Below are positions 10,368-21,004 of a stretch of DNA of 64,000 nucleotides, in pieces. Location of the stretch: positions 192,001 to 256,000 of the forward strand of contig CAWHAA010000002.1 in NCBI GenBank assembly GCA_963827275.1, in the 5' to 3' direction. The notes beneath the pieces were generated by a model. The model was not told the DNA's origin and made no database searches. It saw nothing but the letters and a program-made list of their open reading frames with translations. Each line of letters begins with the position of its first letter. The first letter of the stretch is position 1. Source of the stretch: an uncultured Spirochaetota bacterium. GTDB lineage: Bacteria; Spirochaetota; UBA4802; UBA5550. The position numbers and the translations under genes were made by a program.

Positions 10368-11676
10368 ATGAAAAAGAAGGGTTCTCGCGTTGCAATCATA
10401 GACGGATGCCGGACGCCGTTCCAGCGCTCCGGGACCGGGTACTATGATACCATGGGATGGGAGATAGGACGGTACGCCGTGAAGGGCCTTGTCTCACGGA
10501 TCCCGGTGCCGGCCGAAGAGATCGGGCATGTCATCTTCGGCACGGTGGCCCCTGACATCACCACGACCAATGTCGCCCGCGAGATCATGCTCGGCGCCGG
10601 GCTCCCGTACACCATACCGGCGCATACCAACACGGTCGCCTGCATCTCCGCCGGCGCGGCCATGGGAAACGGGGCGAACATGATCCTCTGCGGGGACGCG
10701 GGCGCGGTCATCGCCGGCGGCGTGGAGACCTTTTCCGATCCCGCGATCAAGGTGTCACAGGCCTACCGGCGGTTCATCCTCGACATGACCATGTACCGGC
10801 GGCCGAAAACGATCGGCGGAAAGTTGAAGCTGCTCAGGAAGATGAGGCTCCGTGATTTCGTCATGCCGGAACGTCCCGCCCTCGGGGAATACTCGACCGG
10901 CCTGATCATGGGGCAGAACGCCGACCGGCTGGCGATGCGGCTCGGGATATCACGGGAGGACCAGGACCAATACGCGGCCCTCTCGCACGAGCGCGCCTGC
11001 AGGGCGCAGCGGGAAGGGAGGCTCAGGGACGAGATCGTGCCGGTGGTCCTCCCGGGGAAAACAGTTGCGATCGCCGAAGACAACGGGCCGCGGGAGGACG
11101 CGACGGCGGAGCGGCTTTCGAAGCTGCGCGGCGCCTTCGACCGGAGATACGGCACGGTGACCGCGGCGAATTCCTCGTTTCTCACCGACGGCGCCGCGGC
11201 GGTGCTCCTCATGGGAGAAAAAAAAGCGAAAGAGCTCGGCCTGAAACCGAAGGGCTATATCCGGTCCCACGCCTTTACCGGGCAGGACCTCTGGGAGGAG
11301 CTGCTGCTCGGGCCCGCCTTCGCCATCCCGGCCGCCCTGAAGAAGGCGGGGCTGAAATTCTCCGACCTGGGCGTGATCGAGATACACGAGGCGTTCGCGG
11401 CGCAGATGCTGGGCGTGATCCAGTGCCTCGAATCTGACCGGTTCGGGCGCGAGAAGCTGGGCCTGCCCGGCAGGGTGGGGAAGGTGCGACATGGAGAAGG
11501 TCAACATATACGGGGGGTCGCTCTCCCTGGGCCATCCCTTCGGCGCGACCGGTGCGCGGCTCATGACCACCTGCTGCAACCGACTCATCGAATCGGGCGA
11601 GAAGTACGGCGTCATCGCCGGGTGCGCGGCGGGCGCGATCGGCGGCGCGATGATCATAGAAAACGCGCGGGCATAA
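10368..11676 (+). CDS. fadI: Acetyl-CoA C-acyltransferase (thiolase, FadI/HADHB-like), one frameshift near 11486
   Basis: IDGCRTPF, catalytic Cys in [43 protein letters not shown] and GCAAG lie in the +1 frame (ORF 11491-11676). Confidence 0.85.
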
Positions 11677-11692
11677 TGGAAGGAGCGGGGAG

Positions 11693-13818
11693 ATGAAACA
11701 CATACAGGTTGCGGTCACGAAAGACAAGGTGGCGGTGATCACCATTGACTACCGGGGCTCGAGCGTGAACAAGGTGTCCGGCGCGCTCCTTGAAGAGATC
11801 GAAGGCATGCTCGCGAAGCTTGATCTCGGAGCCATCATCGGGCTGGTCATCGTGAGCGGCAAGGAGGACAATTTTATCGTCGGCGCCGACGTGGACGAAG
11901 TGGCCGCGATGAAAAGCGAGCGTGAGATCAGGGACTATATTTCGACGGCGCACCGGATCATCAACCGGATCGACGAGATGCCGGTGCCCGTGGTCTGCTG
12001 CGTCCACGGGAACTGCCTGGGCGGCGGCCTCGAGGTCGCGCTCGCGGCCGATTACCGGATCGCGGCTGACTCGACCGGCACGGTGCTGGGGCTGCCCGAG
12101 GTGATGCTGGGCCTTCTCCCCGCCGGGGGCGGCACACAGCGGCTCCCGCGCCTCATCGGCCTGCGGCAGGCCCTGCCGATGATGCTGGCGGGCAAAAACG
12201 TGCGCGTCCGCAGGGCGAAAAAGCTCGGGCCTGATCGACGAGATCGTGACGCCGTACGGGCTCAGGGAGATCGGCGTCATGAAGGCGCGCGAGCTGGCGA
12301 AAAAGGGCTTCAAAAGAAAGAGGAAGCGGTCGTTCGTGGATGCGTTTCTGGAATCGTTCCTCGGACGGGGGATCGTGTTCAAACAGGCCCGCGCAGATGG
12401 TGATGCGGCAGACGCGGGGCCTTTATCCCGGCGCCGCTTGAGATCATCGATTCGGTGGAGTACGGCTACAGGAAAGGGATAAAGGAAGGACTGTGAGAAG
12501 GACATCGACCGGTTCGTCAAGCTGGTCATGACGCCGGAAGCGAAATCGCTCATGACGATCTTCTTCGGCATCACCGATTTGAAGAAAAATCCCTACAAGA
12601 AAAAGGCGCGAAGAGCGTGAAAAAGCTCGCCGTTATCGGCACCGGGCTCATGGGCAGCGGCATCGCGTCCGTGTCCGCGTCGGTGTGCGATACCATATTG
12701 ATGAAGGACATGAGCCTTGACGCGGCGGCCCGCGGGATGAGCGAGGTATGGAAGGGGATCGCGAAACAGGTGAAGTCCGGGGCGGTGCGGAGGTTCGACG
12801 GCGACATCCTGTACGGGAAGCTCGTTCCCTGCGACGATTACACGCGCTTTAAGGGCACTGACATCGTGATCGAGGCGGTGTTCGAGGATATCGACCTCAA
12901 GCGGAAGATACTGAAAGACGTCGAGGAAGCGGCGGACGGGGCAACCATCTTCGCGTCCAACACCTCGGCGCTGCCGATCACGTCGATCGCAAGGGGATGC
13001 AAGACGGCCGGAGAACGTGATCGGCATGCATTATTTTTCGCCGGTGCCGCGGATGCCGCTCCTGGAGATCATCAGGACGAAGACAACGGCGCCGCGGGTG
13101 ATTGCGACCGCGCTCGAGCTCGGGATCAGGCAGGGCAAGACCTGCATCATCGTGAAGGACGGGCCCGGGTTCTACACCACGCGGATCCTCGCGCCGCTTC
13201 CTCCTCGAGAGCAGCCGCGTGGTCGCCGAGGGGGGCGAGATCCGCGACGTGGACCGGGCGATGCAGGCCTTCGGCTACCCGGTGGGCCCCATGACCCTGC
13301 TGGACGAAGTGGGCATCGACGTGGGCATCCACGTGATCAGGGAGGTGCTGCCGCTTTTCGAGCCGCGGGGCATCACCGCGCCCGTGGATTTCTCTGTCAT
13401 GAGGGAGAAGGGATTCCTGGGCCGCAAGAGCGGGAAGGGCCTGTACCGGTACGATCTTCCGAAGAAGAAGGGCGGGAAGCCGGTAAACGAAGAGGTATAC
13501 GGACTGTTCGGAAACGCGCCGCGCAGAAAAATCGATGCTGAAGAGACGTGGCACCGCGTCAGCCTGATGATGGTGAACGAGGCGGTCACCTGCCTTGAAG
13601 AGGGCGTTATCTCCACGCCGCGCGACGGCGACATGGGCGCGGTGCTCGGCCTGGGGTTCCCGCCGTTTCGGGGCGGGCCGTTCCGCTATGTCGACGCGGC
13701 GGGCGCCGGGGTCATCGTCCGGATGATGGAGCGCCTGGCGGAACAGCATGGGAAGCGTTTTACCCCTGCGCGGCTGCTCAGGGAGATGGCGTTGAAGGGG
13801 AAGAGGTTTTATACATAA
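11693..13818 (+). CDS. fadJ: Fatty-acid oxidation complex alpha subunit (enoyl-CoA hydratase / 3-hydroxyacyl-CoA dehydrogenase), about 7 frameshifts
   Basis: [94 protein letters not shown] appear in order across ORFs 11693, 12246, 12617, 13017 and 13219. Confidence 0.85.
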
Positions 13819-13978
13819 CGCCGCTGTTAAACTTCTGTATAATACCATGTTCACACGGCCGCATCACTGACCCTGGTGCGGCCTTTGTATTGAATTTGAT
13901 ATTGCATTATTTATCCGCGTATGATTGCATGAGCCATGCGCGGCAGCGCCTGATACTTACATGGACAAGGAGCGTAGT

Positions 13979-15145
13979 ATGAACGGCCCCCTCGACGGCA
14001 TGAAGGTCCTTGATTTCACCTATCTGCTCCCCGGCCCGTACGGCACCATGCTTCTTGCCGATATGGGCGCGGACATTATAAAAGTGGAAAACAGCGAGAG
14101 CCCGGACATATTGCGGCTCCTGCCGCCCTACGTCGGCGGGGTCGGGGCGGCGTACGCGCACGTGAACCGCGGGAAAAAATCGTTGTCCATTAATCTGAAA
14201 AAGCCGGAAGCGCTGGATGTCATCTATGCGCTGGTGCGGGAATATGACATCGTGATCGAGCAGTTCCGTCCCGGCGTGATGGCGCGCCTGGGCCTGGGGT
14301 ACGAGAGGATCAGGGAAGAAAACCCGGCGGTCATCTACTGCTCCCTCACCGGGTACGGACAGACCGGCACGTACGCGCAGCGCGCCGGGCACGATATCAA
14401 CTACATGGCCCTGTCCGGCGTGGAGTCGTTTTCAGGGAGAAAGGAGACCGGCCCCGTGCTTACCGGGATCCCTGTCGCGGACATCGCGGGCGGATCGAAG
14501 AACCTCGCCCTCGGGGTGCTTGCGGCCTACATCGGCCGGGCGCGCACCGGAAAAGGAGAACGCCTGGACATCGCCATGACCGACGGCGTGTTCGCCATGT
14601 CGTTCTTCGCGGCCGCCGGGTACCTTGCCGGCGGAAGCGAGCCCGCGCGGGGGGAGATGCTTTCCGGCGGCGGGCTGTACGATTTCTACGCCACGTCCGA
14701 CGGCGGGTACCTGTCCGTGGGCCCGGTGGAGCAGAAATTCTTCGCCGCCTTCTGCGACTGCATCGGGTGCCCTGACATGGCGCCGACCGGGATACTCAAC
14801 TGGAACAACAAGGAGCGCGCGGCGAAGGTGATCGCGGAAAAGCCGCTCTCATACTGGCGCGAGGTTTTCAAGAAGTGCGATGCCTGCGTGGAGCCGGTGT
14901 ATACCCTCGGCGAGGCGGTCGCGAACCCGCCGCTTTCGGAGCGGGACATGGTGGTAGAGGTGAGAACCGCGGACGGGACCGCCGTGCGCCAGATCGGCAA
15001 CCCGATCAAGTTCGCATCCGGCCACTATTACTCGTCCACGGCAGGCGCGGCGCTCGGGTTCCATAACGACGTAATCCTTTCCGCTATGGGATATTCAATC
15101 GACGAGGTGCGCCGGTTACGGGAGGGCGGCGTCATAGGGAACTGA
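13979..15145 (+). CDS. CaiB/BaiF family III CoA-transferase (alpha-methylacyl-CoA racemase-like)
   Basis: GPLDGMKVLDF, LPGPYGTMLLADMGADIIKVE, NRGKKS, EQFRPGVMARLGLGY, AGHDINYMALSG. Confidence 0.9.
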   Translation: MNGPLDGMKVLDFTYLLPGPYGTMLLADMGADIIKVENSESPDILRLLPPYVGGVGAAYAHVNRGKKSLSINLKKPEALDVIYALVREYDIVIEQFRPGVMARLGLGYERIREENPAVIYCSLTGYGQTGTYAQRAGHDINYMALSGVESFSGRKETGPVLTGIPVADIAGGSKNLALGVLAAYIGRARTGKGERLDIAMTDGVFAMSFFAAAGYLAGGSEPARGEMLSGGGLYDFYATSDGGYLSVGPVEQKFFAAFCDCIGCPDMAPTGILNWNNKERAAKVIAEKPLSYWREVFKKCDACVEPVYTLGEAVANPPLSERDMVVEVRTADGTAVRQIGNPIKFASGHYYSSTAGAALGFHNDVILSAMGYSIDEVRRLREGGVIGN

Positions 15146-15214
15146 TCGCCGCTGCCCGCATACTGCTCCCCATCTATTGATTTGCTGCCGTATATTATTT
15201 TCTTCAAAAAAAAT

Positions 15215-15241
15215 TAAAACTTTTTTTCATGCTGATACGTA
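15215..15241 (+). promoter_or_regulatory. Candidate ECF sigma autoregulatory promoter
   Basis: TAAAAC-N17-CGTA, close to the SigW-type TGAAAC-N16-CGTA consensus, just upstream of an ECF sigma gene. Confidence 0.5.
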
Positions 15242-15255
15242 GTACTATACGAACA

Positions 15256-15804
15256 ATGAAATCGCTCGAATCGACCACCATAACGCTGAACGCGATGCTG
15301 TCGGGGGACAGGGAAGGCCTGTTCCGTTTCGTGTGGCAAACGTACCGGACGAGACTCTACTATTATTTAACCGAGGTCATGCGGTGTCCGCGGGAGGAGG
15401 GCGAGGACCTTCTCCAGGAGGTCATGATGAAGGTGCATGATAACCTGGACCGGTACCGGGCGGGACTTTCGTTCAACGCGTGGATCTATGCCATCGCGCG
15501 CAACCATTGCATTGATTATAAAAGGAAGATGAACGCAAGGCCCTGCGGCGAGGAGATGGGGGAAATGGCGGGAACGACACCGGATCCGTTCGAGGAGGTA
15601 TGCAGCGGTGAAGTGAGCCGGGCGGTACGAGCGAGCCTGGACGCGCTGGATGATGATGACCGCGAGATGGCCTACCTCCGGTATTTCGAGGGGCTCAGGT
15701 ACAGGAGTATCGGCGCGGTGACGGGGATGAACGTGAACAGCGTTAAAACAAGGATGCGGGCGGTCGAAGCGCGCCTGCGCCGGGAGCTGAAAGGATGGCT
15801 CTGA
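15256..15804 (+). CDS. ECF (sigma-70 group 4) RNA polymerase sigma factor
   Basis: Region 2 EDLLQEVMMKV...FNAWIYAIARNHCID; region 4 LRYFEGLRYRSIG...VNSVKTRM. Confidence 0.9.
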   Translation: MKSLESTTITLNAMLSGDREGLFRFVWQTYRTRLYYYLTEVMRCPREEGEDLLQEVMMKVHDNLDRYRAGLSFNAWIYAIARNHCIDYKRKMNARPCGEEMGEMAGTTPDPFEEVCSGEVSRAVRASLDALDDDDREMAYLRYFEGLRYRSIGAVTGMNVNSVKTRMRAVEARLRRELKGWL

Positions 15805-15805
15805 T

Positions 15806-16117
15806 ATGAAATTGAAAAAGGCCCTGAGGGGGTATTACCGGGAACAGGTTGAGGCGGTGAAGCTCTCCGGCGGGTATGCGATGCCTGTCTCCGGCGGCAC
15901 AAGGACCGGGTCGCTGGCGTTTAACGTCGCGTTTCATGCGGTCCTGATGGCGCTGATCGCTGGGGCGATGATATCAGGACGCTTCCAGCCTTCTTTACTG
16001 GAACGGCGGGTGCTGGTGATCAGCGAACAGTATAATATTCATGAGCGTGTGACAAATTTTCTCGACGATCTTGTCAGTGAGATAAAAATCAACAGAAGCG
16101 AGAGAGGAAAATTATGA
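15806..16117 (+). CDS. Putative single-TM anti-sigma factor
   Basis: Starts 1 nt after the sigma stop; one TM segment (FNVAFHAVLMALIAGAMI). Confidence 0.55.
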   Translation: MKLKKALRGYYREQVEAVKLSGGYAMPVSGGTRTGSLAFNVAFHAVLMALIAGAMISGRFQPSLLERRVLVISEQYNIHERVTNFLDDLVSEIKINRSERGKL

Positions 16118-16585
16118 AAAGAATGTTCGTCGTGTATGCCGGTGTAACGATTGGTCTGTTTATGCTGGGGATTGTGTTTGCGAAGAGCAATATCATGATA
16201 ATGATCGATATGCCCTCGCTCATGCTGGTGCTCGGCCCGGCGGTCCTGATGCTGCTGAGTCATTTCGGCCCGAAAGAGTTCATCGGTGCCTTCAGGGCGG
16301 CCATGGAAAAAAACAGAGCGAGCGGACTTGAATTGAAAAATGCGCTCCTGTTCTTTTCAACCGCGCAGACGTTGATAATCGCGTCAACCGTCGCTACCGT
16401 TTTTCTCGGGCATCATCATGATACTGGACAACATCGGCAGGGGATTGACGGAGAGCGGCACAACGGTCGCCTGGTGGATGGCCGTTGACGTTATTGCGAT
16501 TCTCTACGCCGGCGTATTGACGATGCTCATCACCGTTCCCTTTAAAAGCGCCCTGCAAAAAAAATTGAATGAGTTGAACGACTGA
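16114..16585 (+). CDS. Small MotA/TolQ/ExbB-like membrane protein (about 156 aa), one frameshift near 16408
   Basis: IDMPSLMLVLG resembles a MotA N-terminus. Removing one G gives LGIIMILDNIG...MAVDVIAILYAGVLTMLITVPFKSAL, similar to MotA TM3/TM4; stop at 16583-16585. Confidence 0.55.
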
Positions 16586-16587
16586 CC

Positions 16588-17673
16588 TCAGGAAACGTAC
16601 TCTGCCACCCGGTCCCCGACCTGGGTGGTGGAGAGCCCCATCTTGCCCGCTTCCATGGATTTCATGTCCTTTTCGATGACTTTCATCGACGCCCTTCTCG
16701 ATACGGTCCGCCGCTTTTTTCTCGCCCAGCGTCTCCAGCATCATGGCGCCGGCGCAGATGGCGGCGAGGGGGTTGATGGCGTTCTTGCCGGTCCACATCG
16801 GCGCGGTGCCGCCGATCGGCTCGAACATGCTCACCCCTGCCGGGTTCAGGTTGCCGCCCGCGGCGATGCCCGAGGCCGCCCTGGGTGATCGCGGCGAGGT
16901 CGGTGATGATGTCGCCGAACATGTTTTCCGTGACGATGACGTCGAACATCTCGGGGCTCGCGATCATGTAGAGGCAGGTCGCGTCCACGTGGTAGTACTC
17001 CCGCTTCACGTCAGGGTACTCCTTCCCGATCTCGGCGAAGACGCGGTTCCAGAGCTCGTACATGTAGGTGAGCACGTTCGACTTGCCGACCAGGGCGAGC
17101 GTGTTCGCCGGTCCCACGCCGCGGGCCTTCTTGCCGTGCGTGCGGGCGTATTCGAAGGCGTAGCGGAGGCAGCGCTCCACCTGCGCGTAGGTATAGACCA
17201 TGTTCTGCACCGCGGTCTCGTCCTTCGTGCCGGGCCGCGACAGGCCGCCCATGCCGGTGTACATGCCGCCGCTGTTCTCGCGGACGCAGCAGTAATCGAT
17301 CTCTTTCGGGCCCTTGTTCCTGATCGGGCACTCCACGCCGGGAAAGAGCCGCACGGGCCGCAGGTTGATGTACTGGTCGAGCTCGAAGCGCAGCTTCAGG
17401 AGGATGCCCTTCTCCAGTATCCCCGGCTTCACGTCCGGGTGCCCGATGGCGCCCAGAAAAATGGCGTCGAATTTTTTCAGTTCGGCGACGGCGTTTTCAG
17501 GGAGCACCTCCCCGGTTCTCATGAAGCGCTCGCCGCCGAAATCGAACGTTGTGAAATTGAGCGAAAGTTTCTCCGACCGCCGCAGCGGCGTTCAGGACCT
17601 TGAGCCCTTCCCCCACGACTTCCGGGCCGGTGCCGTCGCCGGGTAATACCGCGATGTTGTATGATCGTGCCAT
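16588..17673 (-). CDS. leuB: 3-isopropylmalate dehydrogenase, several frameshifts
   Basis: MARSYNIAVLPGDGTGPEV start at 17673; FLGAIGHP, LRFELDQYINLRPV, VRENSGGMY, ENMFGDIITDL, SMFEPIGGTAP, INPLAAI across ORFs 16683-17522 and 16394-16834. Confidence 0.8.
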
Positions 17674-18035
17674 GGGGGCCTCCTGGTGAAAAAATAGGTA
17701 CGGGGATTTCGTTTAACGCACGTGGGTAAAATGTCAAGATAAATCGCGGCGCAGCGGCAGCGGGCGGTGCGGCCGCCATACTGCCCGCCGGCATCAGGAC
17801 CTGTAAGAGGAGTGAATGCATTGGTCCCTGGTTGATATGACGAGCCTGGTATTTTTTATCGGAATGATAATTTCATTATTATTCAAAATACTGATAAAAA
17901 AATATTAATTTGTACAGTTTTTTATTAAAAAACTTGCAAAAAAACTGTGCTCTATATTTCATGATTTATAAATACAAAAATATATAGAATGGCAGTATAT
18001 TAGTTTCGCGTAGTGTAATTCCCGGGGGGGAACTG

Positions 18036-19523
18036 ATGGTTGTAGCCAAAACATCAAAGATGGCCGCCGATTTTGACCGGGGGGAAACCATCGGCCTGTC
18101 GTTAAGCTATCATAATAAAACGGTAATCCGCTTTATCAGCTCTGTCATAACCAAAATCCTGGCACGGAACAACCTGATCTACCTGCAGGACACCATCATC
18201 ACCATTCTGCGGGAAATAATTGTCAATGCGGTAAAGGCAAATTCAAAACGCCTCTATTTCGGCTTCCAGAACCTTGATATAAACGACTCCGATGAGTACG
18301 CGCAGGGAATGGAGAGCTTCAAGACCTATATCGTGGAAAACCAGGATCTGGTCGCGGAGGAGCTGAAAAAAAGCGACTACAAGGTGCTCGTGTACCTGAA
18401 AAAATTCGAGTCCGGCTTCAGCATCCACGTGCGGAACAACACCCCGATCCATCCGACCGAGATGCAGCGGATCAACATGCGCATTGACAAAGCGAAGACA
18501 TATAATGATTTTTCCGAGGTGTACTGCGATGTCACCGATAACTCGGAGGGCGAGGGCCTCGGGCTTGTCCTCACGGTCCTCTTCCTTAAAAACTCCGGCA
18601 TCGGCGTCAATTCGCTGAAGATATCATCGGATGACAGCATGACCCAGGCGTCGCTCGTGGTGCCCTTCCAGCTGAAGCCGGTCGCGGTCATGAACAAGAT
18701 ACAGCAGCAGATACTCAACGAGGTGCGCGATCTGCCGACGTTCCCCGAGAACATACTGGAGCTCGAAAAGCTCTGCTCCAACCCGGAGGTCGATTACCGG
18801 CTGGTGGCGGACCGGCTGTCGGTCGATCCGTCGCTCTCCGTGTCCGTGCTGAAGCTTTCGAATTCCGCCGCGTTCATTACGAGGAGGCGCATCGACACCA
18901 TCAGCGAGGCGATCAACCTGATAGGGATGAAGAACCTCAGGTCGATCATCATCGCCTCCAGCGCGCGGCGCATCCTCGATGAACGCTACTCCTCGTTCAG
19001 GCAGGTGTGGGACCATTGCAACAAAACGGCGTTTTACGCACGCCAGCTCTCCCTCGCCTTCGGGCAGGGCAAGATTGCCCAGAGCGTTTACCTTGCCGCG
19101 CTCCTGCATGACCTGGGAAAGATCGTGCTCCTGTCCACGAGCTCGGCCCTTTCCGAGTGGATGTTCACCATCACCCGCGACCGCGGCATGCGGACCTCCA
19201 CGGTGATCGAGGAGGTTTCCATCGGCATCAGCCATTCCAGCATCGGTGAAAAGATCGCGCGCAAGTGGAACCTGCCGGAATACCTGGTGGAAACTATCCA
19301 GTGGCACCATGCCCCCCTGAATTGCAGCGAGGAATATCGCGACATCGTGTATATAACCTACCTTGCCAACAAGCTGTGCGGCATAGAGGACAGGAGGTTC
19401 GATTTCTACTATCTCGAGGAAGAGGTCCTGCAGCGGTATAACATCGACAACGAGAAGGCCTTCGAAGACCTGCACGCCGAGTTGAAAAAAAGGTACCAGG
19501 AACAGGACCACCAGAAAAGCTGA
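18036..19523 (+). CDS. HDOD-domain signalling protein with N-terminal GHKL/HATPase-like domain
   Basis: N box LREIIVNAVKA, G box GEGLGL; HDOD LPTFPE, DPSLSVSVLKLSNSA, LLHDLGK, H..IG..IARKWNLP. Confidence 0.85.
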   Translation: MVVAKTSKMAADFDRGETIGLSLSYHNKTVIRFISSVITKILARNNLIYLQDTIITILREIIVNAVKANSKRLYFGFQNLDINDSDEYAQGMESFKTYIVENQDLVAEELKKSDYKVLVYLKKFESGFSIHVRNNTPIHPTEMQRINMRIDKAKTYNDFSEVYCDVTDNSEGEGLGLVLTVLFLKNSGIGVNSLKISSDDSMTQASLVVPFQLKPVAVMNKIQQQILNEVRDLPTFPENILELEKLCSNPEVDYRLVADRLSVDPSLSVSVLKLSNSAAFITRRRIDTISEAINLIGMKNLRSIIIASSARRILDERYSSFRQVWDHCNKTAFYARQLSLAFGQGKIAQSVYLAALLHDLGKIVLLSTSSALSEWMFTITRDRGMRTSTVIEEVSIGISHSSIGEKIARKWNLPEYLVETIQWHHAPLNCSEEYRDIVYITYLANKLCGIEDRRFDFYYLEEEVLQRYNIDNEKAFEDLHAELKKRYQEQDHQKS

Positions 19524-20179
19524 GGCGATACCGGGCGCCGGATAACAGGGTGACCGGCGCTCTCCAGGTTTCGTGTGCCGCCGCCAGGTCCTTTCCCCGG
19601 CGCCGGCAATGGTGTGATGCGTTTCATGGCGTAAAAATTTCTTGAAATATGCGCATATAGATTGTTTCTTGTTATTGCAGGGTGCCATGCCTCCCTCGGG
19701 GTGTGCGGCCGGGAAGGACGCTTGCCTGTCAATGTACGCGCATGGCACAGGGGAAGGGCCTATCTTGAAAAAAACATGCTTCATTATTTCTTTCCCGGGT
19801 GATAGATGAAAATTCTGGTTTTGTATCAGGCGTCCGCCGCTGCCCGGGCGGGATGGTCATGGAAGGAAACATGGGGATCGGCCTCATTGACGAATTCGGG
19901 CTCTTTCTCGGGAACGTGGAGAAAAAGGATATCGAGGTCCTGCGCGTCAGGTTGTACAGCCATCCCGGCTTCTTTTCTCTCTTTCTTACCATGAAAGATC
20001 ATGATGACTGACAGCAGTATGCCTTGTTCATAGAAAGTCGCTACGGTAGCAGCGCGCGGTGTGCCTTGACGGACATCGTATTCCCGTTGTGCTCGAAGAG
20101 CGGATGAAAGAGATACGGGATTTTTTTGAGGCCAGATGAATGGCCGGATTCGGACAATAAAAGAGGCCGGGACTGCAAA

Positions 20180-20812
20180 ATGAAAAAGCTTGAAACAACA
20201 CGGTCGATCATCCCCCGAAGCGTTATACGGCTGTACCGGAAGGGGTTCGGGTATGCCAGGCTCACCGTCCTCGACAACAACGAGTATTATCTCTCGGCGA
20301 TATCGGACGAGGAATTCTTTGATTACTGCAGGGAGAATGACACGGTTGAAGCCTATCTCTGGGTCGAGGACGTCGCGTCGTACCAGTTTGCCCTTACGGT
20401 GACCGGTAAAATTGCCCCGGGCCCCCGCGTCCTCTTTTTCGGCCATACCGATAAAATCACGAGGAGCCCGGTTCGGAAGTGCATCACCGCGGCGGTCACT
20501 ATCCCCATACAGTTCTTTGCCTTCGACCCGTCGGATAACGGCGCGAGCATATCCACGGAAAAGATTGTCTGTCATTCGGGATCGGTGGTCCTGCTGTCGG
20601 ACCGGGAAGCGGCCATTCGCAGCGATGCGGACCTGCGCGCTGCGAAGTTCATCAAGGGGACGATCAGGATCAAGGATGAAGATTTAGAACTGGTGGGGAA
20701 AATCGAGCTCATCAACGATGAGAAAAAAATATATACTGTCCTGTTTACCGGCATGCATGACAAAGAGAGGAACCATATTCTGGATTACGTGTTCAGCATT
20801 TATCGCGAGTAA
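20180..20812 (+). CDS. YcgR/PilZ-like domain protein (degenerate motifs)
   Basis: Two-domain layout ending in VLFTGMHDKERNHILDYVF, typical of PilZ C-termini. Confidence 0.55.
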   Translation: MKKLETTRSIIPRSVIRLYRKGFGYARLTVLDNNEYYLSAISDEEFFDYCRENDTVEAYLWVEDVASYQFALTVTGKIAPGPRVLFFGHTDKITRSPVRKCITAAVTIPIQFFAFDPSDNGASISTEKIVCHSGSVVLLSDREAAIRSDADLRAAKFIKGTIRIKDEDLELVGKIELINDEKKIYTVLFTGMHDKERNHILDYVFSIYRE

Positions 20813-21004
20813 ATGATCCCTGTGGTGACGTAAACCGGTATGATACAGGCTCCATTGATATTCCTTCTTTATTATTGAAGATTTTCATTATTTTTAACCT
20901 GTTTTTGTACATTTTTAATAACTATTATGATAATTTATACCGAAATTCTATAAAGAGATCGCTTACAGGCGATTGGCAGTACATTATAGGATCATCAGAG
21001 ACAC

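Noticed and set aside
16743..17603. 286-aa plus-strand ORF
   Set aside because: Antisense shadow of leuB.
10368..17673. Programmed frameshifting, phase variation or true pseudogenisation of fadI/fadJ/leuB
   Set aside because: Too many scattered sites, no slippery heptamers or long repeats, and intact catalytic motifs. Sequencing error is more parsimonious, pending read data.
18624..19784. 386-aa minus-strand ORF
   Set aside because: Antisense shadow of the HDOD gene.
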